From Rhynchopus sp. YZ270_cl-10 (Eukaryota), in NCBI GenBank assembly GCA_964035575.1, contig OZ037833.1:1984001-2048000 (forward strand): 64,000 nt of DNA, written 5' to 3'. This document shows positions 36,301-48,501 of this stretch, piece after piece. The notes beneath the pieces were generated by a model that saw nothing but the letters and a program-made list of their open reading frames with translations, did no database searches and was not told the origin of the DNA. A program made the translations under genes and the position numbers. Every line of letters begins with the position of its first letter. Positions within the stretch are counted from its first letter, which is position 1.

Positions 36301-38204
36301 CAATGTAGACCGTGAAATGGAAGTAAGCTGGCGAGAGGGTGCGTGGAGTGGAGATATTATGTTGCTACACGTGATTCAAGTTTGGAAAAAATAAAAAATA
36401 AAAAATAAAAAATCCACCCCAAGGTACCTGATTCCCCCGGAGAACCCGCACAATGTGCTGTTCGGAGAAAAAATACCATTTTTTTTGTGGGTGTTTCTTA
36501 AAAATAGTAGGATCGGGTAGGTAAGTAAAGTTGTTTTCGTTGATTGCACAATCCTCCTGTTTGAGGGATGATCGGCGACTGTACCGGTTAATACTATTTC
36601 TCCTTTAAAGCAAGCTTCGTAGGAATAAATAAATAAATTCATAAATAAAGAAAAAAATAAAGAAAAAAAAAAGGGTGTTAAAACAGAGTGTGGCTTTACT
36701 CAGGTAGCTACATGCCTAAAGGCGATGTGTGCTACAGACGGTTCAAATCACACCAGAATATAATTTACTCTTGTCTTTGTTTGTGTGCCGGAAAATGGAA
36801 ACCAAAAACCTAGTGGGCAGACGATTGCAATGGTAGCGCAGCCATAGCCCTTTCCCCTCATAATGACAACAAAACTGTTTTGAATAAAAAGAGGGGCGAA
36901 AAAAAGGGAGAAGGTGGAAGTGCATTTAGAAAAAAAAATAGTGAACGATGGCAGCAGACGGACAGCAGAAAAACTCTGATCTCACCTTCCCTGCAGGGCA
37001 TCAATATTCACCTGTCAAAAAAAGACAGTTGTACTTTTTTTACTCCCCGCGCCAAAATTAAAGTGTTTTCGACACATTCAATATTGGTGTTTTTTTTTTC
37101 CTGTTTTAATGTTTTCTGTAACCTCTCTCTATTTTACGGCAGGTGTGACCGGTTGAGGTGATACTTCCGGACTATATTGGGAACTTTGCTAATTTTTGAA
37201 AACATGAGGGGGGGGAAAAAAAACGAGCAACCTCATGTGACACACCTTTCTTTTCTGAAAGTTGGCAAACGACAAAAATCTGAGCTTTAACGTATGTTTT
37301 GGATGATGAATATTTCGTTTTCCTGTTGAGGTGTTTGGCGGGGAAAAGGCGATAAACGGAGGAAATCGCACTAGAAGAAACGACCCTCGTAACCTAACCC
37401 CCACGGGACTTTCCATATTTTCCCCTCAACAAAAACGAAAAAAAAAAAAACACAAAAAACAATGTATTGTAAGATGATTCTAAAACCGCACCCTGATTCA
37501 CTGAGTCACCTTTGGAAAGAAAAAGAAGGAAAAAAATAACAGTACCTATTTCCCACACTAAGGTAGTTATTTTGGATTTTTTTTTTTTTAAAATTGGTGG
37601 ATATCCTGTATCGACACATTTGCCCAGAGGAATATTCACGACAGGGCAGCTACCAAGGCACAGAAGTTACAAAAAATGGTCATTTTTATTGGTTAAACTG
37701 CTGAAAACAGTTCTATAGGCCCTATCCTACATCTGGGATACACACGCCTCACAAGGACCGCAACCGGAGGGAGGGATACTTAACATAAAACTGAGATGTT
37801 TCTCTGGTTCACATCATTGTTTAAAATGAGGGCATGAACACAACCAGATGACAAGAATAGTCTGCAGGGAGGCTCGGCTCTGACATAACCGTCTGTTGAT
37901 TCTAGCTTGGGGAAGTGTTGGGTTTATGGGGCGATTCGTTCATAGGGGGTGTGCTTCGTTCCTTTTGTTGTTTTTTTTTTGGGAATTTTGTTGTAAGGAA
38001 AAAAAGAAAAAAAAATATGAAAGTAGAGTTCCCAACAGAACAAGAAACTGCCAAAAAGAAAAAGAAAAAAGCTGTTCGATGAATATACCTCATGTGCGTA
38101 AACATCTAAACAAAGGGGGGGGGTGTTGAAAGATGCAAACGCCTCTACGGGCGCGGAACACCCGATCTCCGCGGGTTATCGAACCAAAAGAAGAAAAAAA
38201 AGGA

Positions 38205-38248
<44 letters not shown>

Positions 38249-39254
38249 TGCGATGAATGTACCCTCATTGTGCACATCTATCTGTCACTCTAAGACGATG
38301 CTAAGCTCTCGCGCTTTAGTCACCTTGAAAAAAAATAATAATGGGGATGGGGTATGTATTGAAAAAGGGGTTGAATGGTTGAATGGTGGTGACCACCTTT
38401 CTAATTTTTGTTCAATATTCACATTGTTTTGATCTTCAGGGGGTGGGGGAGGTGAGATTTTTTTTTTGTTGAGAGTTATGCCAGGCGAACCCTTTTAAGT
38501 TTATTTTATTTGCAAAAAAAAAAAAAAAAAAAAAAAAAACAATGCGATTTGCTCCAGGAAGATCCTAAGAGGTCAACACAAGAGAAATCTTGAAAGTGCT
38601 TGAAACACTCTTTTTATTGACACAACACCAAAATCGCCAATCGGATCTGCCACCCATATCATACGTGGTTCCAGAAAGGCAAAAAAGCTGTGTGCATGCC
38701 TAAAGAACGTACACTTACATAGAGTAAATAGACAAAAAAAAATCATATGTGAACAGACAGAGTGTTGGGGAGGGTTTGAACATGTGTGTGGGAGAATTTT
38801 TTTTATTTTTTTTTTTTTGCTTTTAATTTTCGTGGTGGAAAAAGGCCGGTCACTCTCGAGGATGTGCTTCAAGGCAAAACACACACACCAGAGCGGTCCT
38901 TAAAAACCCGAAAAAAAAAAAGTTGGGCAGAGAAAACGGGGTCCTCTGCGGAACCCTCCTTTAGAAAAGGAAGGGGATAAACTACTGGAAATATCCTTAT
39001 GAAAAGGGATACCTCCTCCACGAGAGGACCGGTTGAGAGTACAAAACAGACGCGAGAATCAATCCGGGTAAAAAGCTTCTTCGCGAAGACGTAAGCTGTA
39101 CACGATTTTGTACCAAGCATTTCATCAGAAGAGAAAAAAAATGAAAGAAGAAAATACTTTGGGAATGGTGCTTTCTTCTTTGTTAGCACTTTGAGGGGGA
39201 AAAAAAACTTGGTTATTCAGTACGGACATCCCCCAACAGGGAAGCTCTGTGGTA

Positions 39255-39376
39255 CAGTGGTTAAACAAAGTTCCGCCCAAGAAAAGTGCCCGCCTAAGAA
39301 AAATTCCGCCTAAGTAATTTCCGCCATCGATTTCAATTCCGCCTTTAGTTTAGGCGTAAACTTTGTTTAACCACTG
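39255..39376. mobile_element. Tc1/mariner-type MITE (122 bp)
   Basis: TA|CAGTGGTTAAACAAAGTT ... AACTTTGTTTAACCACTG|TA, a perfect 18-bp TIR with TA TSD. Confidence 0.9.
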
Positions 39377-39830
39377 TACTGCATTTTTATTTTTTGATAA
39401 ATTGTTGGAGCAGTGTAGTTGCCTCGGTTGTGTTGCCACAGTTGTGCAATCTCCACTGTTTTTTTTAGTACGCATTAACAATCCCCTTTAGACAAATTGA
39501 TGCATAAACGGTGTCACCTGAACAGGTTTAAAAGTTTTGTGTTTTGTCGTTTGAAATATAAAAAAGAAATGGCAAGATGGAACTAAGCAGGATTTAGTCA
39601 CCTCACAATGAAAAAAAAATAAAAGGGGGGCTGTGATGGGTGGTAATGAGATAATACGAAAAGCATGTCCCCCCCCCCCCCCCCCCCTCCCTCTTTTCTG
39701 GGGTGCTCACCCACTTAAGAGAGTCGCTAATTCTTTGTGTGACATCCGTTCGTTATCATCCCCGAGCACTTCCCACAGTCCACAGAGGCAGAAGCGAACA
39801 TAGTATGCGTGTATTCTACAAATCGCCACA

Positions 39831-40056
39831 CATGACGGTAAAGCAAATGATTTTACTTCGTGGTTTTACTGTTGTAAGCCAATGACACCACAACCGTATT
39901 CGTACAAATTATCGTAAAAAAGGTCAAACTTTCAGAAAAAATCCTGAAAAGGTCAAACATTATTACGGTCGATAATTTTTTTGTACGAATGCGGAAAGTG
40001 GTTTCACCGTTGTCCTACAATATTAAAACCACAAACTAATTTGCTTTATCGTCATG
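39831..40056. mobile_element. Foldback MITE, CAYGAC termini, 2-bp TSD (CMC/EnSpm-like)
   Basis: CATGACGGTAAAGCAAAT / ATTTGCTTTATCGTCATG, with CA on both flanks. Sister copy at 55728-55830. Confidence 0.75.
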
Positions 40057-41362
40057 CACCAAGCTGGTTCTGTATTCAAAAAATGTCACCCAAAAAAAAA
40101 GGGCTAGTATACTTTTATGGTTTCCCTCCCCGCGCTTAGGCGATTCAATAAATAATACGTTTTTTTCCGTCTTATCACAACATCAAAACATGGTTTACCT
40201 AAGATCTTAATTACGAAAGCCACGAAATTTGCGGGGGGGAAAAACCACGGTCATAGTTTTTTGTTGTATCGACAATCACGTTATACCTACTGGTATAACG
40301 ATCTGTACTCAATGTCGGCCGAAGCCTATGTACTACGGAAGGTATAGACAGAAAACAAGCGAGCTTCTGTCTTTTTCAATCCGTTTTGTTTGCCCTGTAG
40401 CGCTGCCTCCAATCTTTTTAGAATTGACAACAAGTTGCTTCAAAAAAAAGATAGTCTTTGCAAAATTACGACGACGGCTGGAAAAAAAAAATCATTTCGT
40501 ACTGCGATCTTTTGGTAAACCATGTTTTATGACAAAGATTTCAAGAAAATAATATAAAGCCCCCTACGAGGAATGTCTCCCACCAAAGAAATCAGGCCAA
40601 ATAAAGAATCACCAGGAGTGGACAAAAATCAGAACCTGAAGGGGGATGACTAAAAGAAGTAAAAATAAAATAAAATAAAAGAAGAAACCATTTGAAAGAC
40701 GAGCGTGCTCTTCCTGTACATAACTCCAAAAACCGGGAAAACCCCGGGGAAAAAAAAAAAGAAAAGAAACAAGAGAGAGAGGTGAAAATGAACCTCAGTC
40801 TCACAGTGTTTAGCCACCTTTAGAAAAAAGAAGAAAAACAGAGGAATTTGCACCAGGTGTTGTGGGAGCGAACACACCTGAAAGAGACCAACAGATATAC
40901 AGATATGTACAAAAAAATTCCTCGAAAAAGAAAAAGAAAAAGTATAAACTATGAAGTACGCAACAAGACTCTGCACACGCAGGCACTGGGGTTCCACAAG
41001 AGGGGGCGGGGTGGAAGGGGAAGGTGGGTGGGATGGGATGAGGGGGGGATACTGCTTCACAGTAACCCGCTACGAGTTTGTGAGTGAGTGAGTGAGGTGG
41101 GTGTGAGAGCGAAGCCGGTCAAAAAACAAAAAAAAAACCGTGTTCGAACAATTAAAAGGATTTTTTTTGAAAAAGATGTACGAGCCTCACGGACACACAC
41201 ATCTTTTAAAAAAAAAGAAAGAAAAAAAAAAAACACAACAATAAAAAGGTGCCACTTTTTTAAAATAAAACCCTTGTTACCAACACTATCGACAAAATCA
41301 CCAAACTTTGTTACCCATGGGTAAGGCATGGACACCCACACATTATATGCTTCTGTAGTTGC

Positions 41363-42248
41363 TTACCGTTCTCTCATTTCCGTCCGTGCAAAAAAGACCT
41401 GTTGTTTGTTGTTTGTTGTGAACTAACTTTCCCCTTTTGACATACCTTCAATGGAACAGGCTGGGAAGGTGTGGTGAATCCGCTCACCATGTTGATTGCA
41501 GCAACGGCCTCCTCGGTAGTTGTGTAGCACACCCACGCCTTTGCGCCCTGTCTTGATATACGAATGGGGCGCGTCCTGTGTTGGGATGATTGAGACGTAC
41601 TCTTTTGTTTTTTGCTGTGTCGACAATCACCTGCTAGTGCAGGATCTGTACTCAATGTCGCCCGAAGGCTATTGTACTTAAAAGATATAGACGGAGGTCG
41701 TCCTCAACTCTGGAAAGTCGCTTTTGTTGGAATAGTGTAGCTGCAACCTCTGCAAAGCTCCACTGTCTCTAAAGTCACGTAATAGCCTCGGATCGTTTTT
41801 TTAAATGCTCTCGGACATACCTATCAAATATTGCTGAGAGCTCGAGGTCGCTTAAGGACTCACATATTCCAGAAACGAAGAGGGTTGCGGGTTGGTGGGT
41901 GTGTGGCTGCGGGTAGAAGGGCACGGCAGCACCCTTTGTTCCTGAGTGGTTCGAGAGAATGGAACGGTCGGACTTTACACTACGCGTCTGTGTTGCTGCA
42001 AAGCTAACACGAATGGTGAATTCGGGTGAAGACCCTGTCCAGGAAAGGCCATTTACACGTTCAATAGCTTCTGCCGCAAATTCTCTGGTATCAAACGTCA
42101 CAAACCCCATCATCTTCCCAGGAGTGAACTTCAACATCCCATTTTTAAACCCCTTCATCGATCCAAACAGCAAAAACAACTCCCGTTCCGTAAAGTCCGC
42201 AGGTAAATTGGAAAGATGCAGAGTCGTAACCTCATTGTGGCTTGCCAT
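41363..42248 (-). CDS. Two-RRM RNA-binding protein (RBPMS/couch-potato/U1A-like RRMs); 3 exons (42248-41821, 41575-41446, 41398-41363)
   Basis: RRM1 TLHLSNLP..MGFVTF..IRVSFA. RRM2 TLFVSGI..AWVCY..LKVFFA is completed only after removing introns 41576-41820 and 41399-41445 (both GTATGT..ACAG). Confidence 0.9.
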
Positions 42249-42677
42249 AGTAGTAGAAGGCGGGAGAAGAACTGTGTATATCAGCAAAAAAAATTACAAT
42301 AAAGACCCACCCCCCGCAGTGTGCTGTCTTTTTTTTTTTTTTTGCTTTCAGGCTGATGGAAGAAGGGTGTGATTGTGCTGAATGGATATGGGTGGTGGAA
42401 ATAAGAGATGGGGGTTAAAAATGGAAAAAAAAAGGCCGTTTTTTTGTATTCGCTTCTGCCTTTTTTGTTTTTATTTCAAAACATCTGTTGGAGGGTGTCT
42501 AAAAGGAGAGCACGCACCTTGGAAGAAGGTCTTCAGAAAAGGGGTGTCCTGCTGATACCCTCCGTTTCTTTTCTTTTCTTTTTCAGGTTTCTGTTCAAAC
42601 TATCAAACGGAGAATGAGGGAGGGACCGAAACGTAACTTTTTTTTTTCTTTTTTTTTTTTGTTGCTGTCATTTCATA

Positions 42678-42861
42678 CAGGGTATTAGGGTGAAAACGCG
42701 AATTTCCGTAAAACCGGTTTTTCCGGTATTCCCCCTCCTCTGGGTGATCAAAAAACGGTTTTCTGACGAAAACTTGCACCTCAGACCGACACCATAACTT
42801 CTTTTGGGGAAGGGGTATTTTTTTTTGAAAACCGATGTTTACATCACACCCTAAGGCCCTG
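42678..42861. mobile_element. hAT-like MITE with CAGGG ends and 7-bp TSD
   Basis: CAGGGTATTAGGGTG / CACCCTAAGGCCCTG, with TTTCATA at 42671-42677 and 42862-42868. Confidence 0.8.
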
Positions 42862-44906
42862 TTTCATATACCACGGTCACGAAATACACTCGCATGTTTT
42901 AGACGAACGAGAAGGGGGTGAGATAGGGAGAGTGATAAGCCTATTGCCACAGGAATTTCACTGTAAGGGGAAAAAAGTGTAATAATGAGCAGAGAGGGGG
43001 TAAAAAAAGAAAACATAATTTTTATATTTATAAGATGACCCTGAACCTCTTGCACCGAGTCACCTTGATCACAATCGAAAATATCAACCTCCATACACGG
43101 AATCCGCGAGCGAGAGTAACCAAAGCCTACGGATAAAGGATTTCCATGGGGTAATGAGGGGGGGGGAAATGACACGATTTGCTTTGTTTTGCCTTTGGGA
43201 GCAAAACAATAAAACAGTTTTTTTTTTTCGAGACAACACGATGTCTCATAACAAAAAAAAAAGAGTGCAGGATAAGAAGATAAAGCTTTAAAAATGGGCA
43301 GGGCTATCGATAAAAACGGTTTGCCTTTTTTGGTGACTTTCTATTCGTTCTCGATGTAAGAATACGTCTTGCCTGTCCTGACTGCCACACTATACAAAAA
43401 AAGCTGTGTGTATACCAAGACGTAAAATAGGAGCAATGGAGCACACCCCTTGCATTATTGTTTTTTGTTCATCAACAAAAAAATAAAAACCACCTACCAA
43501 AGAAGCCAAAAGAAGGTTTTGTGATCAAAGTGCAGACTTTTATATAGGGGGTCAGAACTGAGGGCAATCCTCAGTTATTGAAAAAAAAAAAAAAAAATCC
43601 CCTTTTCGGACCTAAAAAAAAATTTTTTTTTTTTGGCGTTTTACTGGCTTAGAACACGACTCGTGACCAGCGGTGAAAATCTTGGGCAGTAAGCCCGGGA
43701 AAACCCGGGCTTAATTAATTTTGCGCAGAGCAAGCCCGGGTTTAAGCCTGGGTTTTCCTCGGGTTTTAACTTTTCTGGGGTGGGCTGCCCCACCCCACTC
43801 CGGGGAGTATAGCCTCAGGGTGCAGCCCGGGGTAGTCAGTCGCCGAAACGAAGCTCTGTTGACAGAAAACAACGAAGTCAGTAAAGAAAACACACACGTC
43901 TATCTCAAGGGTTACCCACACCCCCGTCACAGCCAGAACGCGACTCAATTGGTCAAACGCCGAAGGAAAAGGAAGCATGCATCATGGCGAAATTATAAAA
44001 GTAGCGTACCGTGCGCCTGCGGCGCAAGATTGCAACCCACCCTTCCCTGACATAGTTTGGCTGTAAAAATGTGCGATTATAAGCGCAATTTTTTGAAATG
44101 TTGCGTACCGTGGCTTCGCTAGGAACCTTTGGGTGCCATGACCGCCCTTTCTTTGTTATAAATGTAATGGCTACTTACAATTCGTGTACCACGTGCGCCT
44201 GGTGCACGAATTGCTATCAATTGGGTTTACAGCCAAGGGGGTTCAAGGCACACCACAACTGGCCCCAGCCGAAAAAACAACTTTGATTTTGGGTGGGTGG
44301 GTGAGAAAAAATGAATCCTCAGTTTTTGCCCCTGTTTGTTCAGGAAAAAATTCCTATATAAAACCCTGTCAAAGTGTCACCCAAAAAAAAAAAGCAACTT
44401 ATCGATTTTGATAATTTTTTTGAAGTGGAATTGCCACCTTCGTGCAATTTTTCACTTTCACCTTTTTTTTTAAAAAAGGTGAAATACAAAGCCCTCTCGC
44501 GACAGTGTACCTTGGCATATGACCAAAAAAAAAATGCACTAAAAAAAAAAGGGGGGGGGAAAAAAAACAAAAAAACCATCGAAGAAATTGCTAGAATCGC
44601 GTGAGAATAGTGTATCCCCTTGCACCACCTTTTTTTCCTTTTTTCTTTAGTGAAATATTGATAACGCCCGCTCACCTACCCATGATCATTCACCTTTGCA
44701 TAAAGCCATTTCTACCGTATTAATTTCTGAGATTCGTTCAATGAAATGCTAAGTGGCTTGGGTAAAAAAAATAGAAATTGGCTTGAAGCACAATGGTAGT
44801 ATGGTGGTATATAAAAAAAGACATGAAAGATGAATATGCCACCCCATGCACAGCCTTGAAGAGAACAATCAGGCTATTTTTCGTTCACCTTGAAAGTAGG
44901 TTATGT

Positions 44907-45051
44907 CATACTTTGTAGTCCGCCTGAGTCCGCCAAAAAAAAAAAAATACCACCAAGACCCGCCCGAGTGAGACAGATTTTTGATTGAGTCCGCCAAGTC
45001 TGTCTCAACTCAGGGCGGACTCCGGCAGACTCAGACGGACTACAAAGTATG
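44907..45051. mobile_element. MITE with CAT...ATG ends and 6-bp TSD
   Basis: 28-bp TIR CATACTTTGTAGTCCGYCTGAGTCYGCC, with TTATGT at 44901-44906 and 45052-45057. Confidence 0.85.
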
Positions 45052-46803
45052 TTATGTTTGTTCATTTTTTTTTCTCACTGGAGTGTGGTTGTATAGGAAA
45101 AAAAAAACACATTAAGTTACCGACGTTTTCTGTTTCTATCCACAAAGAGCTTTGATGAGGGAGGAGAAAAAATCAGGGAAAACTTTGAAAAGATGTACAA
45201 AAGGCCCTCACAGACGCAAGACATCATTCAAGGAAAGGGGGGAAAAAAATGTTTGAAAAATGAACTGAAGCCTCATAGTGCTCAGTTAAACACCCATCAA
45301 AATAACTGCGTGATATCGGTGAGTTTTGAACGTAACAAAGGGACTCGACCTGAGCCATGTGTTTGGGGTCAAGTATGAGGAACTCCTACACGGAATATTG
45401 CCTGCAACTTGACCAAGAGAGATAAGAAGAAGAAGAACGTATTGTGTGTGTGGGGGGGAAAGAATAAGGGAAACTGACTATAGCTTGCGGTCTTTATTTC
45501 TGGCGTTTTTTATTTGTATCCCTCGCTTTCACTCCTTCATTCACAAATAATAATAAAAAAACGCCAAAAAATCTAAATCGCCCGGAATCTTTTGAGTTGA
45601 ATTCCACCTTTCCTTCCAGGAAACCTATACAATAAAGCAACTTTGCGTTATTTTTTTCCAGCCCCGACAGCTAATGTGTTCTGATAACACATAAAGGCCA
45701 GGGTCTTGCTGTGACAACGTAATGGGCATTAGATCTAAGCTATTGCATTCAACCTTCAGGTGGATGCAATGATATCATATGTTTTTTGAGAGGCTCGCAT
45801 TTGAGGTGGAAATGTCTGTCCATACAAAAAAACAAAAGAGCAATGATCTCAGCTCATGGTGCCCTGCAGTGACGAAAAAAAATAAAGAAACGTTTATAAG
45901 ATGAACCTAAGCTGTCCACGCGCTTAGCCACCTTGCAATAACAGTATGCTTCCCTAACGACTAGCTGCCAACTCTACCAATGATATCGTAAAATTAGTCG
46001 TAAAAACACTAGTCATTTGGACTAAAAAACCGTAAATGTAATAATGTTGGAACTGCCCAAAAAAAAAAAAAAAAAACGCTCGTTCGTTCCAACATTATTA
46101 CGATCTAACACATTTCCATTTACGGTAAGCGCTGCTAGTAGCCCCCCCTGACTAGCTGTGTACCAAATCTCCCCTCCAAAAAAAACCCCAAAAAAAACCA
46201 AACAAACATTTGACATGAAATACAAAGCCCTCTCATGACAGCGTACCTTGGTATCCGGTGTGCACTGTGGGGTGTGGACATAAGGAATCTAGAACAGGTC
46301 CCCAGAATGTATAAAAAGAGAGAAAAGCTGAGCAGGATTTATCCTAATTTATAAGATGAACCCAAGCTTCTCGTGCTTAGACACCTTCACACGGGGGAAA
46401 GAAAGTAAAACAAAATCATAGACTTAGAAAGATGAGTGTGTTTGCACGGGTCACAGGGTCACACACATTTTAAAAAATAAAGTATTTCAAAACAAAGAAA
46501 GATGAAAGACCCTCCCTCCCTATTGCAACCCCCCCACACCCGTACCATTGTTTTGCAACAATCTAAATTGTTTGTTTGATTGCAAACGCTGCAAAAAGAA
46601 ATGCATCAACAACCGTTTGCTTCTATCCAACTGTTTCATTGTCAGTTGCGGAAGGAATTCGACACAAAAAAAGTGAAGTTGATAGTGCAAACGCCTCTGG
46701 GACGCAGGCACTGACACTCCGCGGGTTATCGAAAAAAACCCCCCCACTTAATTATTTTCCGTTTCATCGAACATCGCATCAACATTTTAAAAAAAAAAAC
46801 TAT

Positions 46804-48501
46804 TTAGAGCAACTCAGCTTCTTTCAGTCCATTTACTGTCCAGGGGGTGATTTTTGGAGATATTTTGAGCTTTTTGCAGTAATTTGTTCGGGACTTGCGT
46901 TTCAGGGTGGCAGACATATACGCCATACCGTCCACGACTATACGATAACAATAAACAATATCTGGCTGGAGGGGCACAGTACAGAAGAAGCCTTTCCAGA
47001 CTGCCTCCGATGGGTTGTCGTCCTCATCAGACTCCTCCGCAGACTCAGCGTCACCTTCTTCGTCACCTTGCAGCTCTTCGTCACTCTCCCCCGCCTCAGA
47101 GTCGCTGTTAATACTCTCTGTGTCCCTATACGCTTCACCAATCCAATACGGCTTCATTGACACCCGGCTCGTATGCATGATGTTCCCTTCCTCCCACAAT
47201 GACAGATACGCTCTTCTGAAGGTATTCTTTGTTCCCTTAGGGAAGACGAGGTAGAAGTCTACGTGATAGAGATGCTGTGGGCACATCAGCGGGACCAAAG
47301 GAGATGCAGATTGGTGGTTTGCGCGGTAGTGGTTTTGGACACGCTGGCGGACGTCGAAGGGGTCGTTCTCTCTCGCAAGAAGCTGTCCGTCGAGCTCGGG
47401 GGAGTGGTGCTTCGAGCAGGTCCTGCCTTTGATAGAGTCGGTCAGACCCAACGTATTAATCTCCGTCCCATCCAAAATCTCAGACAGCTCTTCATCCAGA
47501 CACGGAAACGCTGTCTTCACATCAATCCCAAGCCCCTCAAGCTTCTGCTTAATCTGCTCCTTCACTGAGGTGTGGATGTTCTTCTTTGCCTTCTCTAATA
47601 CCAACGCGGTATTCTTCTTTTGCGAAATTTCACGTATTTTTGCAACCTGCGCACGCTCTTTGGGGGTCAACATTAGCTGCATGCCTTGGTAATGCCCTAC
47701 TAGATTTTCAATTCCTAGGTCGAAATCGAACATATTGTAGAGCATGATGTCTTCAAGACCTATGAGGAGGGATTTAAACCCGGCGAGATTGTTTGAAAGG
47801 TAGCGAGCGGATTTGCATTGAGACAGCGATGCAAGGTCGGTTAAGACACGTTCTTCGAATTCCACATCGTTGTTCTGCGGGTCTTCCTCTAAGGAGTGGA
47901 GATACTGCAGCACCTTGGCCTTAAGATCTGCGTCTGGGAGGCGCGCAATGTTTTCCGTCACATTGCTTTGTAGCGCAGCCGACCTACACCGTATCCCACC
48001 AATGTTCCACCTGAACATATATTTCGACGGTGCAATACTGCCACAGCACGACACATCATTCGATGGAACCATATAATACACCCCAGGAGCCCCCGCCCCC
48101 GTCTCCGACCATCCCTGCTTCAAATCGTCAGCACTATAAAACGGTTTGATCTCAACATTCGCTGTAACCGGCTGCCCTAAGGTATCACTCAGATTAACCC
48201 TCTCAGAGTCTTTGCAAATGAAAAGAACCTGGGATTTGCATTTTGCAGAAGGACGCACATGAATTCCCTTTCGAAGTGGTCCTTTTGTGGCAGGGGTGAC
48301 ACGAAGAGGAGGGATTTTCATGACAGTTTCGTCGGGGCCTTTGCATTCCGCGGCACGATCATTGGAGGTTTCTTGAGTGGCAACAGTGGTGAGTTCCTTT
48401 TCTGTTAGCGAGGTGGATCCGGAAGAGCCGAGAGCGGCTTCTTGCTCTGCAGGGGCACGCTTTGAGGTGTCAGCGCTGGTCGCAGAAGCTCCGCAACCCA
48501 T
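46804..48501 (-). CDS. 565-aa predicted N-myristoylated/palmitoylated protein with possible C-terminal CBM48/AMPK-beta-like domain
   Basis: Intronless ORF starting MGCGAS, with an acidic tract. The C-terminal FFCTVPLQPDIVYCYRIVVDG resembles the CBM48 L.PG..Y.Y.F.VDG motif (tentative). Confidence 0.85.
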   Translation of the reverse strand: MGCGASATSADTSKRAPAEQEAALGSSGSTSLTEKELTTVATQETSNDRAAECKGPDETVMKIPPLRVTPATKGPLRKGIHVRPSAKCKSQVLFICKDSERVNLSDTLGQPVTANVEIKPFYSADDLKQGWSETGAGAPGVYYMVPSNDVSCCGSIAPSKYMFRWNIGGIRCRSAALQSNVTENIARLPDADLKAKVLQYLHSLEEDPQNNDVEFEERVLTDLASLSQCKSARYLSNNLAGFKSLLIGLEDIMLYNMFDFDLGIENLVGHYQGMQLMLTPKERAQVAKIREISQKKNTALVLEKAKKNIHTSVKEQIKQKLEGLGIDVKTAFPCLDEELSEILDGTEINTLGLTDSIKGRTCSKHHSPELDGQLLARENDPFDVRQRVQNHYRANHQSASPLVPLMCPQHLYHVDFYLVFPKGTKNTFRRAYLSLWEEGNIMHTSRVSMKPYWIGEAYRDTESINSDSEAGESDEELQGDEEGDAESAEESDEDDNPSEAVWKGFFCTVPLQPDIVYCYRIVVDGMAYMSATLKRKSRTNYCKKLKISPKITPWTVNGLKEAELL

